Under the pieces are notes generated by a model. It searched no databases and was not told the DNA's origin. It saw only the letters and a list, made by a program, of their open reading frames with translations. From an uncultured delta proteobacterium (lineage in GTDB: Bacteria > Desulfobacterota > Desulfobacteria > Desulfobacterales > JAFDCJ01), in NCBI GenBank assembly GCA_963769935.1, contig CAVYNY010000022.1:480001-544000 (forward strand): a stretch of DNA of 64,000 nt, read 5' to 3'. Positions within the stretch are counted from its first letter, which is position 1, and each line of letters begins with the position of its first letter. Positions 21,475 through 32,142 of the stretch are shown in pieces. Position numbers and translations under genes: made by a program.

Positions 21475-23412
21475 TTACTTTTTTTTCGGCAATTCCGGTG
21501 GATAGGCGCGGCTGTACTGATCGTAGAGCCGGGGACTCACGGCTTTGTGATCGTAAATAAGCTTATGCCAGATCTCCGCCTCGCGACGGGCGGCGACGCG
21601 CATCATCCGATGGATATCAAAGCGCCTGGAATGAAAATATTTTGTTGGCGGCCGTGCAATTCGCCGCGGGGTGTCGGCCAAGCGTCGGAAAACGTCTGTT
21701 CCATAGCGGGCGTACCACAAGAGTGTATGCGCGGTGGACAGCGCGCCGGCCCAGGGATAGTCGTGCAGCCACCACCCGCCTGATAGCGAATCGATCGCCG
21801 GATCTAGTTTTTTTCGTTCGAAATCGCTTTTCGGCGTCAAGCGCTCCTCATAAAAGAGACCTGTCCCCAATTCATCGCCTTTCAGGCGCCAGATCTTCTG
21901 AATGCCATAGTCTTCAGGATAGTGGGCGACGCGGGCGCCGTGACACAAGCCGAAGCGTCCGATAATAAAAAGCGCGATGTGGTCGCGCCGCTCTTCAATA
22001 AAAGCAATGGTGGATTCGGCTTCGTCCCAGGTTTCGGTGGGAAACTCGGTGAAGCACATGGCTTCCACCGCGATGCCGGCGGCCGAAAGATTTTTGACGG
22101 CCGCTCGCACGTCTTTGAAGGAAACCCCTTTGTCGATCATCTTCAGCAGGCGGGGTGAGGCGGTTTCGATTCCCAGGGCCAGTGAAAGGGCGCCGCCGTC
22201 TTTGAGATCCCGGCAGCATTCCGGCGTCAGGCCGGGCTCGGGTCGCATGTCGCTGGACCACCGTAGGGATGTTCCGGCCGCCCGCAGCTGCCGGGAGAGT
22301 TCCCGGGCGGTTCGGGGGGCGAAAGCATCCTGGGAGAAGTAAACGGTGCGGCAGCCCCAGCGGGCTTCCAGCTCCAGGAGGTGGGCGACGATCCGATCGA
22401 TGGGACGCTCCCGATACGCGGCCGTTCCCAGGGGGCTCAGCCCATAATGGCAGAAGGCGCATTTGCCCCAGTAGCACCCGCGCGTCGGATCATAGGGCAG
22501 CACGAGTTCCGGTGAAAGGTATTTGTCCAGCGGCAGTCCTGCAAAATCAGGTGACGGAAGCCGGCTGAGATCCGTGTTGCGTTTACCGGTGAGCACCCGG
22601 GGCGGGGTTTGGCCGCCGGCCAGCATGCGAACCAGAGCCAGCAGCATCTCTTCGCCTTCATATAGCACGGCCGAATCAAAAGGGCCGAGCAGCGGCGGAA
22701 TTTTTTCGGCGGCGAGGCCTGCCAGCAACTGCGTGACGGCAGGCCCACCCACGGTAATATGCGCTGCCGGCAGGGCGTGCCGAAGGGTGTATGCCAGCGC
22801 GAAGCCGGGCTGAATCTGTCCGGGAAAGGCCAGGGAAATGCCGATTACATCCGGGGACTGAAATGACAGCCGATCGGTGAGTTCGCCGGCAAAGTAATCG
22901 TGAAAGGGATTTTTGTCGGGTTGGGCATCTGTCCGGATTTGTTGAGGCGTCAGCAGCGAAAAGGGGGTCCGGTAAACGCTGAAATCCATCATCAAGGGAC
23001 TGTAGGCGGCGCTGATGATCCGCAGGCCGGCCTGAACGGTCTGGATCGCCTGCTCGTATTGGCATGGATCAAAAAACCGAACACCCGAGCGATCTCTGAG
23101 CACCGCGATCGCATCTTCAACCGCTGCCGGAACTCGGGCGAGATCCGGCAGGACCTCCCACAACCGCAGGTACAGCATCTGATCGGTATGACTCAGCGAC
23201 GCTTTACGGTCCAAACGCCGCCAACGATCGGCCACACGGCCGGCCATATCACGCAAGACCGCGCGGCGCAAAAGCCGGTCATAGACTTCCACATTGGCGT
23301 CGATGGGGAGCACCTCTATCCCATGGCTTCGCAGATAGGCCGTCAGCATGGGAACGGAAAGGTACGGGCCGGTAGGATCGCATGTGGGCGGATAGATCAG
23401 GGCAACTTTCAT
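21475..23412 (-). CDS. B12-binding-domain radical SAM protein
   Basis: MKVALIYPP..PYLSVPML.AYL, ITVGGP, RGCYWGKCAFC, LGIETAS. Confidence 0.85.
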   Translation of the reverse strand: MKVALIYPPTCDPTGPYLSVPMLTAYLRSHGIEVLPIDANVEVYDRLLRRAVLRDMAGRVADRWRRLDRKASLSHTDQMLYLRLWEVLPDLARVPAAVEDAIAVLRDRSGVRFFDPCQYEQAIQTVQAGLRIISAAYSPLMMDFSVYRTPFSLLTPQQIRTDAQPDKNPFHDYFAGELTDRLSFQSPDVIGISLAFPGQIQPGFALAYTLRHALPAAHITVGGPAVTQLLAGLAAEKIPPLLGPFDSAVLYEGEEMLLALVRMLAGGQTPPRVLTGKRNTDLSRLPSPDFAGLPLDKYLSPELVLPYDPTRGCYWGKCAFCHYGLSPLGTAAYRERPIDRIVAHLLELEARWGCRTVYFSQDAFAPRTARELSRQLRAAGTSLRWSSDMRPEPGLTPECCRDLKDGGALSLALGIETASPRLLKMIDKGVSFKDVRAAVKNLSAAGIAVEAMCFTEFPTETWDEAESTIAFIEERRDHIALFIIGRFGLCHGARVAHYPEDYGIQKIWRLKGDELGTGLFYEERLTPKSDFERKKLDPAIDSLSGGWWLHDYPWAGALSTAHTLLWYARYGTDVFRRLADTPRRIARPPTKYFHSRRFDIHRMMRVAARREAEIWHKLIYDHKAVSPRLYDQYSRAYPPELPKKK

Positions 23413-23556
23413 GACAGCTCTCGCCGGCGGTTGAATCGCATGTTTACAGGCGGCCACCCTCTTTCATGATTGAGTTCCTTATCCACTGGACAGTTAAAAA
23501 AATTGATTCTCTCGCCCACTTCGTTCGAGCCCCAGAGCCAACGGAGATCATGATGC

Positions 23557-25362
23557 TCAGGATATGCGGTGAGCTCTGTGAGAGACATCAGAAGAATTTA
23601 TTCCTGGTCGAGTGACTTTATTTTTCCTTAGTAAAATGTTTTTTTGCTTCTGCTTATTTACGGCGCTTTTTTCCACAAAAATCCTGCGGCCCGAGAACGG
23701 ATCGGTTTCCGTGTAATACATCAGCGTGGCATAAGTGGATGGTGAAGGCGTAAAGATCTGAACCTGTTCGGGAAGCAGCCGCAGCGTTCGGACGGCAAAT
23801 GTTCGCAGTTTTTGCATATCTTCAAGGGTGCAGCCGGGATGGGCAGCCATTAAATAATACGTCAAAAAGGGCTTGGGCGGGTTCTTGGGACAAAGCGCGT
23901 TAAACAACCCCAGGAATGCTTCCAGGCGCTCACGGCCGGGTTTGCCCATCAGCTTCAGGATCGGATCCTGTACGTGTTCGGGTGCGATCTTGAGTTGACC
24001 GGAGACATGGTACCGCAATATTTCCGTAAGATAATGAGCGCCCTCATCGGGGTCGCTGAGAATCAGGTCGTACCGGATGCCGGACCCGATGAAAACCTTG
24101 CGGACCCCGGGCAGGCTGCGCAGCGCCTTCAACAACCGGATCTGGGGACCGTGAGTTATGGGCAGGTGCCTGCAAGGCTTGGGATAGATACAACCCTTGT
24201 CCCGGCATGCGCCCCGGACCTGCTTGCGGTCACATTCGAAACCGTACATGTTGGCGGTGGCGCCGCCCACATCGGCGATGATTCCCTTGAAATCGGGATG
24301 CGACGTGAAAGCTGCCGCTTCGCGCAGCAGGGAGGCCTCGCTGCGGGACACGACCTGCCGGCCCTGATGGACCGTGATGGCACAGAAACGGCATTCGCCA
24401 TAACAGCCGCGGTGGGTTGTGAGGGAAAACCGGATGGTTTCCAGCGCGGTGACGCGGCCCTGTTTCTTGTAAATGGGATGCACATCCCGGGCATACGGCA
24501 GCTCGTAAATCCGATCGAGGTCCTCGCCGGAAAGTGGCAATCGGGGAGGGTTGTGGACCAGATAACGGGTGTCCTGGCGTTGGCAAAGCCGTCTGGCCCT
24601 GAGCGGATCCGCGTTCTCATAAAAAGTCTTGAACATCCGGCTGAACTGTTCGTTATTCTGCGACACGGTTTCATGGTCCGGAAGTTCGATATCCGGACCC
24701 TCAAACTCAGCCGCTGCTTGCGGCAACTGCCGGCTGATGTAACAGATTCCCCGGATCGATGCGATATCCTCCCGGTGCTTGAATCTTTCGGCCAGCTCCA
24801 GGATGCTCTGCTCGGCCATGCCGTAAGTCAAAACATCCGCCTTGGCGTCAAAAAGGATGGATCGTCTGATCGAATCAGACCAGGCATCATAATGGGAGAT
24901 GCGCCTGAGGCTGGCTTCAATGCCGCCCAAAACGATGGGCCGAGGCTTTTTGAAAACGCGCCGGATGAGATTGCTGTAGACGATTACCGCTCGGTCCGGA
25001 CGTTTTGTATTCAGCCCGCCCGGGGTCAGGTCGTCGCTTTTACGCCGTTTCCCGGATGCCGTGTAGTTAGCGATCATGGAGTCGACACAGCCGGCGGTGA
25101 TGCCCCAGAAAAGCGCGGGCTCCCCCAGCCTGGCAATATCCCGCTCGCTGTGAATGTCAGGTTGGGCGATAATGCCGACCCGGTAGCCTGAATTCAACAG
25201 GACCCTGCCGATGACGGCCACACCGATGTGAGGGGAGTCGATATAGGTATCTCCCGTGACCAGGATCACATCCAGCTGCTGCCATCCAAGGGAATGCACC
25301 TCCCGGGCGGTGGCGGGGATAAAGGTCGGGGGTTGAATGATGTGCTTCAGAATATGACCCAT
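23557..25362 (-). CDS. ygiQ: YgiQ/UPF0313 family radical SAM protein
   Basis: DVILVTGDTYIDSP, GGIEASLRR, RGCYGECRFC, SGQLKIAPEH, EQVQIFTP. Confidence 0.9.
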   Translation of the reverse strand: MGHILKHIIQPPTFIPATAREVHSLGWQQLDVILVTGDTYIDSPHIGVAVIGRVLLNSGYRVGIIAQPDIHSERDIARLGEPALFWGITAGCVDSMIANYTASGKRRKSDDLTPGGLNTKRPDRAVIVYSNLIRRVFKKPRPIVLGGIEASLRRISHYDAWSDSIRRSILFDAKADVLTYGMAEQSILELAERFKHREDIASIRGICYISRQLPQAAAEFEGPDIELPDHETVSQNNEQFSRMFKTFYENADPLRARRLCQRQDTRYLVHNPPRLPLSGEDLDRIYELPYARDVHPIYKKQGRVTALETIRFSLTTHRGCYGECRFCAITVHQGRQVVSRSEASLLREAAAFTSHPDFKGIIADVGGATANMYGFECDRKQVRGACRDKGCIYPKPCRHLPITHGPQIRLLKALRSLPGVRKVFIGSGIRYDLILSDPDEGAHYLTEILRYHVSGQLKIAPEHVQDPILKLMGKPGRERLEAFLGLFNALCPKNPPKPFLTYYLMAAHPGCTLEDMQKLRTFAVRTLRLLPEQVQIFTPSPSTYATLMYYTETDPFSGRRIFVEKSAVNKQKQKNILLRKNKVTRPGINSSDVSHRAHRIS

Positions 25363-25394
25363 CTTTTTTCCTGGTCACGGACGCCGGGCATGTC

Positions 25395-26780
25395 TCAAAC
25401 CCCCAGCACCAGTTTGGCCGTCATGAAATAAATCAGCAGGCCGGTGATATCGACAATGGTGGTCAGGGCCGGGCTTGCCACCACCGCCGGGTCGAATTTA
25501 GCCCGGGCGGCCGCCAGGGGCAAAAGTGCTCCGATCAGGGTGGACGTGACCACCTGCAGCCCCAGGGCAAGGGCGATGGCCACTCCGATGGTGCTCAAGG
25601 AATACTGCGGCGGAACGGTAGATCCGCCGCCGAACAAAATGACCCGGCCATAAGCGAGAATCCCAAGCAGCAGCGCAAGCATGACGGCGACCTGGAACTC
25701 CTTGGCAAGGATGCGAAAGATGTCGCGCGGTGTGATCTCCTTGAGCGCAAGGGCCCGAACCACCAGCGTGGCGGATTGGCTGCCGGTGTTGCCGCCTGTA
25801 TCGGCCAGCATCGGCATAAAGGCCGCCAAAACGGCAAACTGCAGCAGCAATCCCTCAAAGCTTTGCACGATAAAGCCGGACACCAAGCCCAGGAAGGCCA
25901 GTCCGATCACCCAGGGAGACCGATTTTTAAAATGCACCCAGGCCGAAGTTTTCATGTACACCGCATCCTCGTGGCTGCCGGCGATGGCCATGAACTTTTC
26001 CATGTCTTCGGTGTTCTCCTGGGTAATGATGTCGATGGCGTCGTCGTGGGTAACAATCCCGACCAAAGCGTCGTTGCCATTGAGCACCGGCAGGGCGAGG
26101 AGGTCGTATTTCTGGATTTTACGGGCCGCTTCTTCCTGGTCGTCCGACGCGCGGGCGAAAATGGCGTCGCGGTGCATGATGTCTTTGACCCGAGACTCCC
26201 GCCGGGCCACGATAAGATCCTTGAGAGAAACAAACCCCAGCAGCTTGCGGTGTTCATCCACCACATAGGCGTAATAGATCGTCTCCTTGTCCGGCGCGAT
26301 TTCCCTGAGACGCTCGATGGCCTGTGAAACGGTCAATTCCTGCGGGAGGGTAGCATAGTCCGAGGTCATGACTGCCCCCGCCGTGCCTTCCGTGTAGGCC
26401 GTCAGGCGGCGGATATCCTCCCGCTCGGCCTGGGCCAGGGCGGGAAGAACGGCTTCGCGCTTTTCTTCCGGCATCCGTTTGAACAGATCGGCGCGTTCAT
26501 CGTGAGGCATTTCGGTCAGCAGGCGGGCAATTTCGTCGCGTCGCAGCGTCTCGATCATCTCAACCATAAGGTCATCTTCGAGATGTGTGAAGATCTCCGC
26601 GCGCAGCTGCGGGTCAACATACCCGAGCACGGCCCAGGTTTCTTCGGCGGAAAGGGCGGAGATCAGCTCCGCCACAAGGGCAGGGTGGCCTGCTTCACAG
26701 AAATCCCGCAGGGCTCTGGCATTCCCGGCCGTAAGCATCTCACGGAGCTCGGGAACGATGAGTGGATTTTTGTCGTTCAT
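25395..26780 (-). CDS. mgtE: Magnesium transporter MgtE
   Basis: N domain, CBS pair (ETIYYAYVVD), GGNTGSQS, DPAVVASPALTTIVD. Confidence 0.95.
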   Translation of the reverse strand: MNDKNPLIVPELREMLTAGNARALRDFCEAGHPALVAELISALSAEETWAVLGYVDPQLRAEIFTHLEDDLMVEMIETLRRDEIARLLTEMPHDERADLFKRMPEEKREAVLPALAQAEREDIRRLTAYTEGTAGAVMTSDYATLPQELTVSQAIERLREIAPDKETIYYAYVVDEHRKLLGFVSLKDLIVARRESRVKDIMHRDAIFARASDDQEEAARKIQKYDLLALPVLNGNDALVGIVTHDDAIDIITQENTEDMEKFMAIAGSHEDAVYMKTSAWVHFKNRSPWVIGLAFLGLVSGFIVQSFEGLLLQFAVLAAFMPMLADTGGNTGSQSATLVVRALALKEITPRDIFRILAKEFQVAVMLALLLGILAYGRVILFGGGSTVPPQYSLSTIGVAIALALGLQVVTSTLIGALLPLAAARAKFDPAVVASPALTTIVDITGLLIYFMTAKLVLGV

Positions 26781-26786
26781 GGTTCA

Positions 26787-26812
26787 CCTCCCATTCGGCC
26801 GCGGCGGGAGGG
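26787..26812 (-). promoter_or_regulatory. Hairpin occluding the mgtE Shine-Dalgarno
   Basis: On minus strand CCTCCC-gccgcggccgaat-GGGAGG then tgaacc ATG. Confidence 0.55.
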
Positions 26813-26838
26813 GGCGCGGCAGGAGGAGAACCGGCGAG

Positions 26839-26976
26839 CTATGCTCGGATGCAGCGCCGACCGTTCACATCACGTGCCGCGAGGCGTTTTCGCCGCGGGC
26901 CAGGGTCGTCCAGATCGTCTTGTGTCAATTCCTGAGTTTTAGGTTGGCGACTATGAGTGCCATCCGAGTCGCTCAT
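26839..26976 (-). CDS. Putative mgtE leader peptide, 45 aa (MSDSDGTHSRQPKTQELTQDDLDDPGPRRKRLAARDVNGRRCIRA)
   Basis: GGAGG 7 nt before ATG; lies between a sigma70-like promoter and mgtE; below ORF-track cutoff. Confidence 0.55.
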   Translation of the reverse strand: MSDSDGTHSRQPKTQELTQDDLDDPGPRRKRLAARDVNGRRCIRA

Positions 26977-27035
26977 GGCGATTCCTCCAACTTGGGTCAG
27001 TCCTCAGCGCCTGTCTGCGCTTGCATAAGTTTTGT

Positions 27036-27064
27036 AGTCTACACAAATGGTTTTGATATTTCAA
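27036..27064 (-). promoter_or_regulatory. Sigma70-type promoter for leader/mgtE
   Basis: TTGAAA-17 nt-TAGACT on minus strand. Confidence 0.5.
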
Positions 27065-27084
27065 GACTTTTCTTTTTAATTGAA

Positions 27085-28224
27085 TTAAATGATGCCCATT
27101 CCGGACAATACGGATAGCATAATTGCGGCCGCCATGACAGAACCCACCTGGCCGCCGGTGTTTGCTCCGACTGCGTGCATGAGGAGATAATTGTTTCGAT
27201 TGTATTTCTGGCCTTCTTTCTGGACGACGCGCGCCGCCATGGGATAGGCCGAAATTCCGGCAGCTCCGATCAATGGATTGATCTTTCCGCCCGTCAGCCG
27301 GTTCATGAGTTTTCCGAACAAAACACCGCAGACGGTGTCCAGACAAATGGCAATGAATCCGAATGCCAGAATGAGAAGGGTCTGGCCGTTTAAAAAGAGC
27401 TTGCCGTCCATGGTTGCACCGATGGATATCCCGAGGAACAGGGTGACGACGTTGGCAATTTCATTTTCGGAGGAATGGGTGAGGCGACTGACGACCCCGC
27501 ATTCTTTCATCAGATTGCCGAGCATAATCATTGCCAATAGCGGCAGGCCCTTGGGAGCAATAAGTCCCCCTAATATTGTCACCACGATCGGAAATACAAT
27601 CTTGACGGTTTGGGAAGCCGGTTTGTTCGTGGGCTGCATTTTAAGGATGCGTTCCTTCTGCGATGTCAGCAGTTTCATTATCGGGGGTTGGATAACCGGC
27701 ACGAGGCTCATATAGGAATAGGCGGCGACCGAAACGGCGCCCAGCAGATGGGGAGCGTACTTGGAAGTCACGTATATCGCCGTCGGTCCATCGCAGGCGC
27801 CGATAATGCCGATGGCGACGGCATCCAGTTTGGGAAAGCCGAAAAACAGCGCCAGTCCGATGGTCAGAAATATACCAAACTGCCCGGCCGCGCCGAGGAG
27901 AAATATCTTGGGGTTCTCAAGCAGGGGGCCAAAATCCGTCATGGCACCGATGCCAATAAAGATCAAAAGGGGGAACAGTTCATTTGCGATTCCCATATTG
28001 TAAAGGGTTCGCAGAAACCCCTCATTTCCCATCAAATCCGCCAGCGGAATGTTAGTCAGAATGGCCCCGAATCCGATGGGAACCAAGAGCAGGGGCTCCA
28101 CGTCCTTTTTAATGCCTAAGTAAAGAAGGAGGCACCCGACTGCGATCATCACAGGATTCGACCAGTGCAGATGGGTAAATCCGGCCACGAGTCCGCTTAA
28201 TCCATTAACAATTGCATCAAACAT
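27085..28224 (-). CDS. oadB: Na+-translocating decarboxylase beta subunit
   Basis: EPLLLVPIGFG, GAMTDFGPLL, GIIGACDGPTAI, AAYSYMSLVP.IQPP, INPLIGAAG. Confidence 0.92.
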   Translation of the reverse strand: MFDAIVNGLSGLVAGFTHLHWSNPVMIAVGCLLLYLGIKKDVEPLLLVPIGFGAILTNIPLADLMGNEGFLRTLYNMGIANELFPLLIFIGIGAMTDFGPLLENPKIFLLGAAGQFGIFLTIGLALFFGFPKLDAVAIGIIGACDGPTAIYVTSKYAPHLLGAVSVAAYSYMSLVPVIQPPIMKLLTSQKERILKMQPTNKPASQTVKIVFPIVVTILGGLIAPKGLPLLAMIMLGNLMKECGVVSRLTHSSENEIANVVTLFLGISIGATMDGKLFLNGQTLLILAFGFIAICLDTVCGVLFGKLMNRLTGGKINPLIGAAGISAYPMAARVVQKEGQKYNRNNYLLMHAVGANTGGQVGSVMAAAIMLSVLSGMGII

Positions 28225-28251
28225 AATTAATCCTCACTCCGCGAAGAATGG

Positions 28252-28386
28252 TTATTGGCCTTTTACTTTTTTAAACGGGAATAACATTTTCAAGACGCTC
28301 ATGAGCAAGGCAAGCAGTGCCAGCGCCAGCAAGGTACCCCCCATGCCGGTTACCATCAATGTCACCCCAAAGGTAAAATTGTCCAT
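28252..28386 (-). CDS. OadG-family small subunit (44 aa)
   Basis: MDNFTFGVTLMVTGMGGTLLALALL..LFPFKK; single TM, GGAGG RBS, directly upstream of oadB. Confidence 0.75.
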   Translation of the reverse strand: MDNFTFGVTLMVTGMGGTLLALALLALLMSVLKMLFPFKKVKGQ

Positions 28387-28592
28387 CCAACCCTCCGCCC
28401 AGGTAATGGATTAAAAATGATGCGGTCGATTAGTAAATATTTTCAGATTATCCCCCCATAGCTTTATAAATATCAAGTTTCAATAGGAAAAATAGGTTTG
28501 ATCGCGAATTTTTTGCCCGGATAGGACTGCATCGATGTCAAACCGCCAAGGTGGTGACGGCGACCGAGGCCTGATTTGTCATCAGGGACGGT

Positions 28593-29645
28593 TCAGACGG
28601 ATCGCCGCCCCTTATACATCTGGACGGCGAGCTTGAACAGCATCCACCATGGCATCGGAATTTGCGATTCCTTCCCCTGCAATCTGCTAACGCCGTACCA
28701 TGGTCAGGATTTGTTCGGATGATCGGCAACCCAAGGACAATCGTTACACCCTGCATAGCCGTATAGCGCTGTGAGCTTTCATTCCATTCCCAGCCTAAAA
28801 ATTTACCCGGAATATGACCTTGGTCGTGGTAAAGGGCAACGACGATGTCGTATTTTCCTCCGCGCGCCTTGATAAAAACCGAATCCGGCGGCACAGGACC
28901 TTCCACGATGATACCTTCCGCCCTAGCCGCATCAATGGCCGGCGTTATTATTTTTTCCTCTTCATCCCCGAAGAGCCCGTCGTCGCCGGAGTGCGGATTT
29001 AAACCGGGGACCGCAATTTTCGGATTTTCAATGCCCATTTCCCGGAGAGATTGGTGTGCCAGGCGGATCATTTTCAGGATACGAATTTTGCTGGAGGATT
29101 GCGATAGCATTTTTAAGAGATGTATGCAGTGTCACATGCATGACTCTGAAGTTATCGACTATCAGCATGGATGAAAACTCTTCAACACCAAGCCGATCGC
29201 TGAAAATCTCAGTATGTCCGGCGAATTGACATCCGGCCAGATGAATGGCCTTTTTATGGATGGGTCCTGTAACAATCGCGTCGATTGTGTGATCAAGTGT
29301 TAAATCAATCGCCTTGTATATGTATTCGAGCGACGCTTTCCCCGTCATTAGGCTGATTTGCTTTTTCTGCAGTCTGCTGCAATCCACGTTTTGCATATCG
29401 AGCACATCAATGGTGCCGGGTCGAAAGATGCCGGTCTTCGGTTGAGAAAACGCGTTAATTGCAGCATCGCATTTAACGGTGCCAACGGCATGCTGAATGA
29501 CACCGGCATCACCGATAATAAGGGGTCGGCAGAGATCAAAAAGTTCCTTAACCTGCAGTGCTTTTACTGCGACTTCCGGGCCGACACCGGCAGGATCACC
29601 GGTAGTGATTCCAATCAGCGGTCGATATTTACTATTTTCAGACAT
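28593..29645 (-). CDS. pdxA: PdxA-family (PdxA2) dehydrogenase; apparent frameshifts near 29094, 28686, 28635
   Basis: [44 protein letters not shown]. Confidence 0.88.
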
Positions 29646-29824
29646 GTGAATCTCCTTTGGACGGATTAAATTCGCTGAGGGTCCAAATTCACACTAGGGT
29701 TGGACTGCAGTTTCATTGATTATAGATAAATTTCAATTGCGCTTCCCATAGGGTATTTATTTCAAGTGGCTAGATTGAAGTAAATATTTCTAGCCGGTGA
29801 TGAGACGGCATTTTCTATTATCGG

Positions 29825-31103
29825 TTAGTAGCGGAGATAGTTAACAGCCCGGACAAGGATGTCCGTCGTCACCCACTCCGCCACCCTTGGTGACCACTCG
29901 CAAGACCGTCAAAAGGCCCGCCGGCGAGACGAGCCAGCCGCACAAGCGGACTCAAATCTTTGTCCAGGATGATTCCTTTTCCTCTCAGCTGATTAATAAC
30001 TTCGGCGGCAATGCTACCGCCTGTGAGAATCAATCCTGAAATTCGCATGTTTTTAAGCAATCTTGCAACGATGATGCCTAACAGCTGGCCGATGTCGGAT
30101 GGTATCGAATCGGGAAGCGTTACGCCAACTTTTGAATTCGGCGAGAATGGTGTCGCAGGTGTTTGAATGAGAAGATTGCGCTTTTCTTTATAAAAAGCGG
30201 TTGCAAGTTGAACAACCCTGTCAATTTCAGATTCTCGTTGTTCACTTAACGCCCGATCCAGGTCTATTTGGATATCAATGGCCGTTTCTCCATCAAGTAA
30301 TTTTTGGGCTTGAATACGGGATTGACGATTGAGCGAGCCGCAGATTATCATACACGGCTCTTCAAAAGAACCGGACCGAGCGTGAAAAATTCCTGAAATA
30401 AGGCCGCCGATCCCACGGGCAATATCTTCAAAGGGCTATTCAAAACCGCGTCACGAATCACCCATAGATCACTCTGAGAGCATGCATCACAGATCAAAAT
30501 CCGGAAGCCCGCCTGATAGAAATCCATTGTTAATTGATCAACGTTCTGACACCCGGCTGCCAACTGACGTAAACTGATCGACCGGACCTTATATTTTAGA
30601 TAGCGACCCAGCAAATCGGGTAAATAAGATGTTCCTGCAACAGCGAGTCCATCGGCGTATTCCGTGAGGGCTATCGGCTGATTCCCTACGAGGTGGTAGC
30701 CGCCCACTGTGAAGCGATGCGTCTGCGGCGAAGCCGGCACAAAATAAATTAAATCGGCAAGACCGTTATCCAGTATGGCTTCGAGTTCCTCGATCAAATT
30801 ACCCCGCAGGGTCGAGTCAATTTTTTTGTAAATCAGACGGCGGCGCAATTGCGGATTGTTTTGGAGAACCTCGGAAATAAGGCGTTGAGCTGTATGGCCC
30901 GGACAGTCGCGGGTGTTCAGGTTGACAACCACCCCGGCGTAGTCTTCAATGAGACGATCTAATCCGGCAGTTGAGGTGCCACTGTTTAGCACCAGATGCG
31001 AATCCAGGTGCTCAGCCAACACGAGCCCGATCTCATTGGCGCCTGTTAAATCATCTGAAATAATTGCAATAGGTTCACGCCGAATGTCTTTGATCCGCAG
31101 CAT
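29825..31103 (-). CDS. Four-carbon acid sugar kinase (DUF1537/DtnK-like); apparent frameshifts near 30360 and 29860-29905
   Basis: IISDDLTGA, YKKIDSTLRGN, LTGG, VVTKGG.VG. Confidence 0.85.
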
Positions 31104-31125
31104 TTGTTTTATTCGTTTTTGATAA

Positions 31126-32125
31126 TTATGGAACCATGACAACTTTAACCGATTCAGGGTCGGTCACATCGGCTTTAAAAGCAGCGGCCGCCTGATCTAA
31201 TTTAAATCTGCGGTTTACCAGTGGATCAATCTTGATGGTACTTTGCATTACAGGCCTTAAAGCCCACGGCGTCCAGACTTTGCGCTCTTCAATGGAATGA
31301 TGAACCAGTCCGGTATTGATCACATGCAGGCTGTCGTGATGCAGGCGCGATATGTTGATTTTAATATCTTGCGTAACCCAGCTGTAAAATATGATCGTCC
31401 CATTGTGTTTGACGCACTCGATGCCGGCATTAATGGTCTCGGCCGACCGGCCGCCTCGACAACCACATCGGCCCCGCATCCTTCGGTTATTTCTAAAATG
31501 CGCTGCACGGCGTTTTCGCGCTGAGCGTTTATGGTGTAGTCAGCACCCAGTTGTTTGGCGATCGCAAGTTTTTGATCGATGACATCAACGGCAATCAGCT
31601 TATTAGCCCCTTTTTGTTTCATGACCTGGGAAATGATCTGACCGGCAAAACCGACCCCAAAAGTGACGGCGGTATCCCCAAATTGACGTTGGAATGAAGC
31701 CCGGAAAACATGGCGCATGCAATCGGTTCCCCCAGACATGCCAAATCCCTGGAAAGCCCCGCCGGTGCCGGCTCCAGATTGTCTTCGTTGGCCGCAAAGT
31801 AATCGGCCATCGTGCCATTGACGTTAAAAGACATGACGAAATCACCGGGCTTGAATCGTCTGACCCTGGAACCCACTTCTTCAACGGTGCCGCCGCCTTC
31901 ATGACCGATATCGTAAGGGAATTTTATGAGCGGATCGTCGGGTGCATATCCCGGGCCGTTCATTTTGGGGAGGTATCCCAGATAAAAATTTTTATCTGTG
32001 CCGCAAATTCCGGCCAAATAGGTTTTAACGAGCACGTCTTCAGGACCGAGCCGAATTTCTCTTTCAACAAGGCCGATATCTTTGGGACCTCGCAACACCA
32101 CAGCTTTTGTTTTCATTTTTTTCAT
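31126..32125 (-). CDS. Zn-dependent MDR alcohol/polyol dehydrogenase, split over three frames
   Basis: GICGTD, GHEGGG, LGEP, G.GF.G, GADVVVEAAG. Confidence 0.82.
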
Positions 32126-32142
32126 TTGTCAAGTCAGCGTAT

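Noticed and set aside
23510..23590. Short element ctcgcccacttcgttcgag...gagctctgtgagag
   Set aside because: Looks like a repeat relic, but only one copy is in the window
23974..25191. 405-aa plus-strand ORF
   Set aside because: Antisense shadow of ygiQ; no motifs
26781..27030. M-box (ykoK) riboswitch
   Set aside because: I could not find its conserved motifs by eye; an Rfam scan is needed to exclude it
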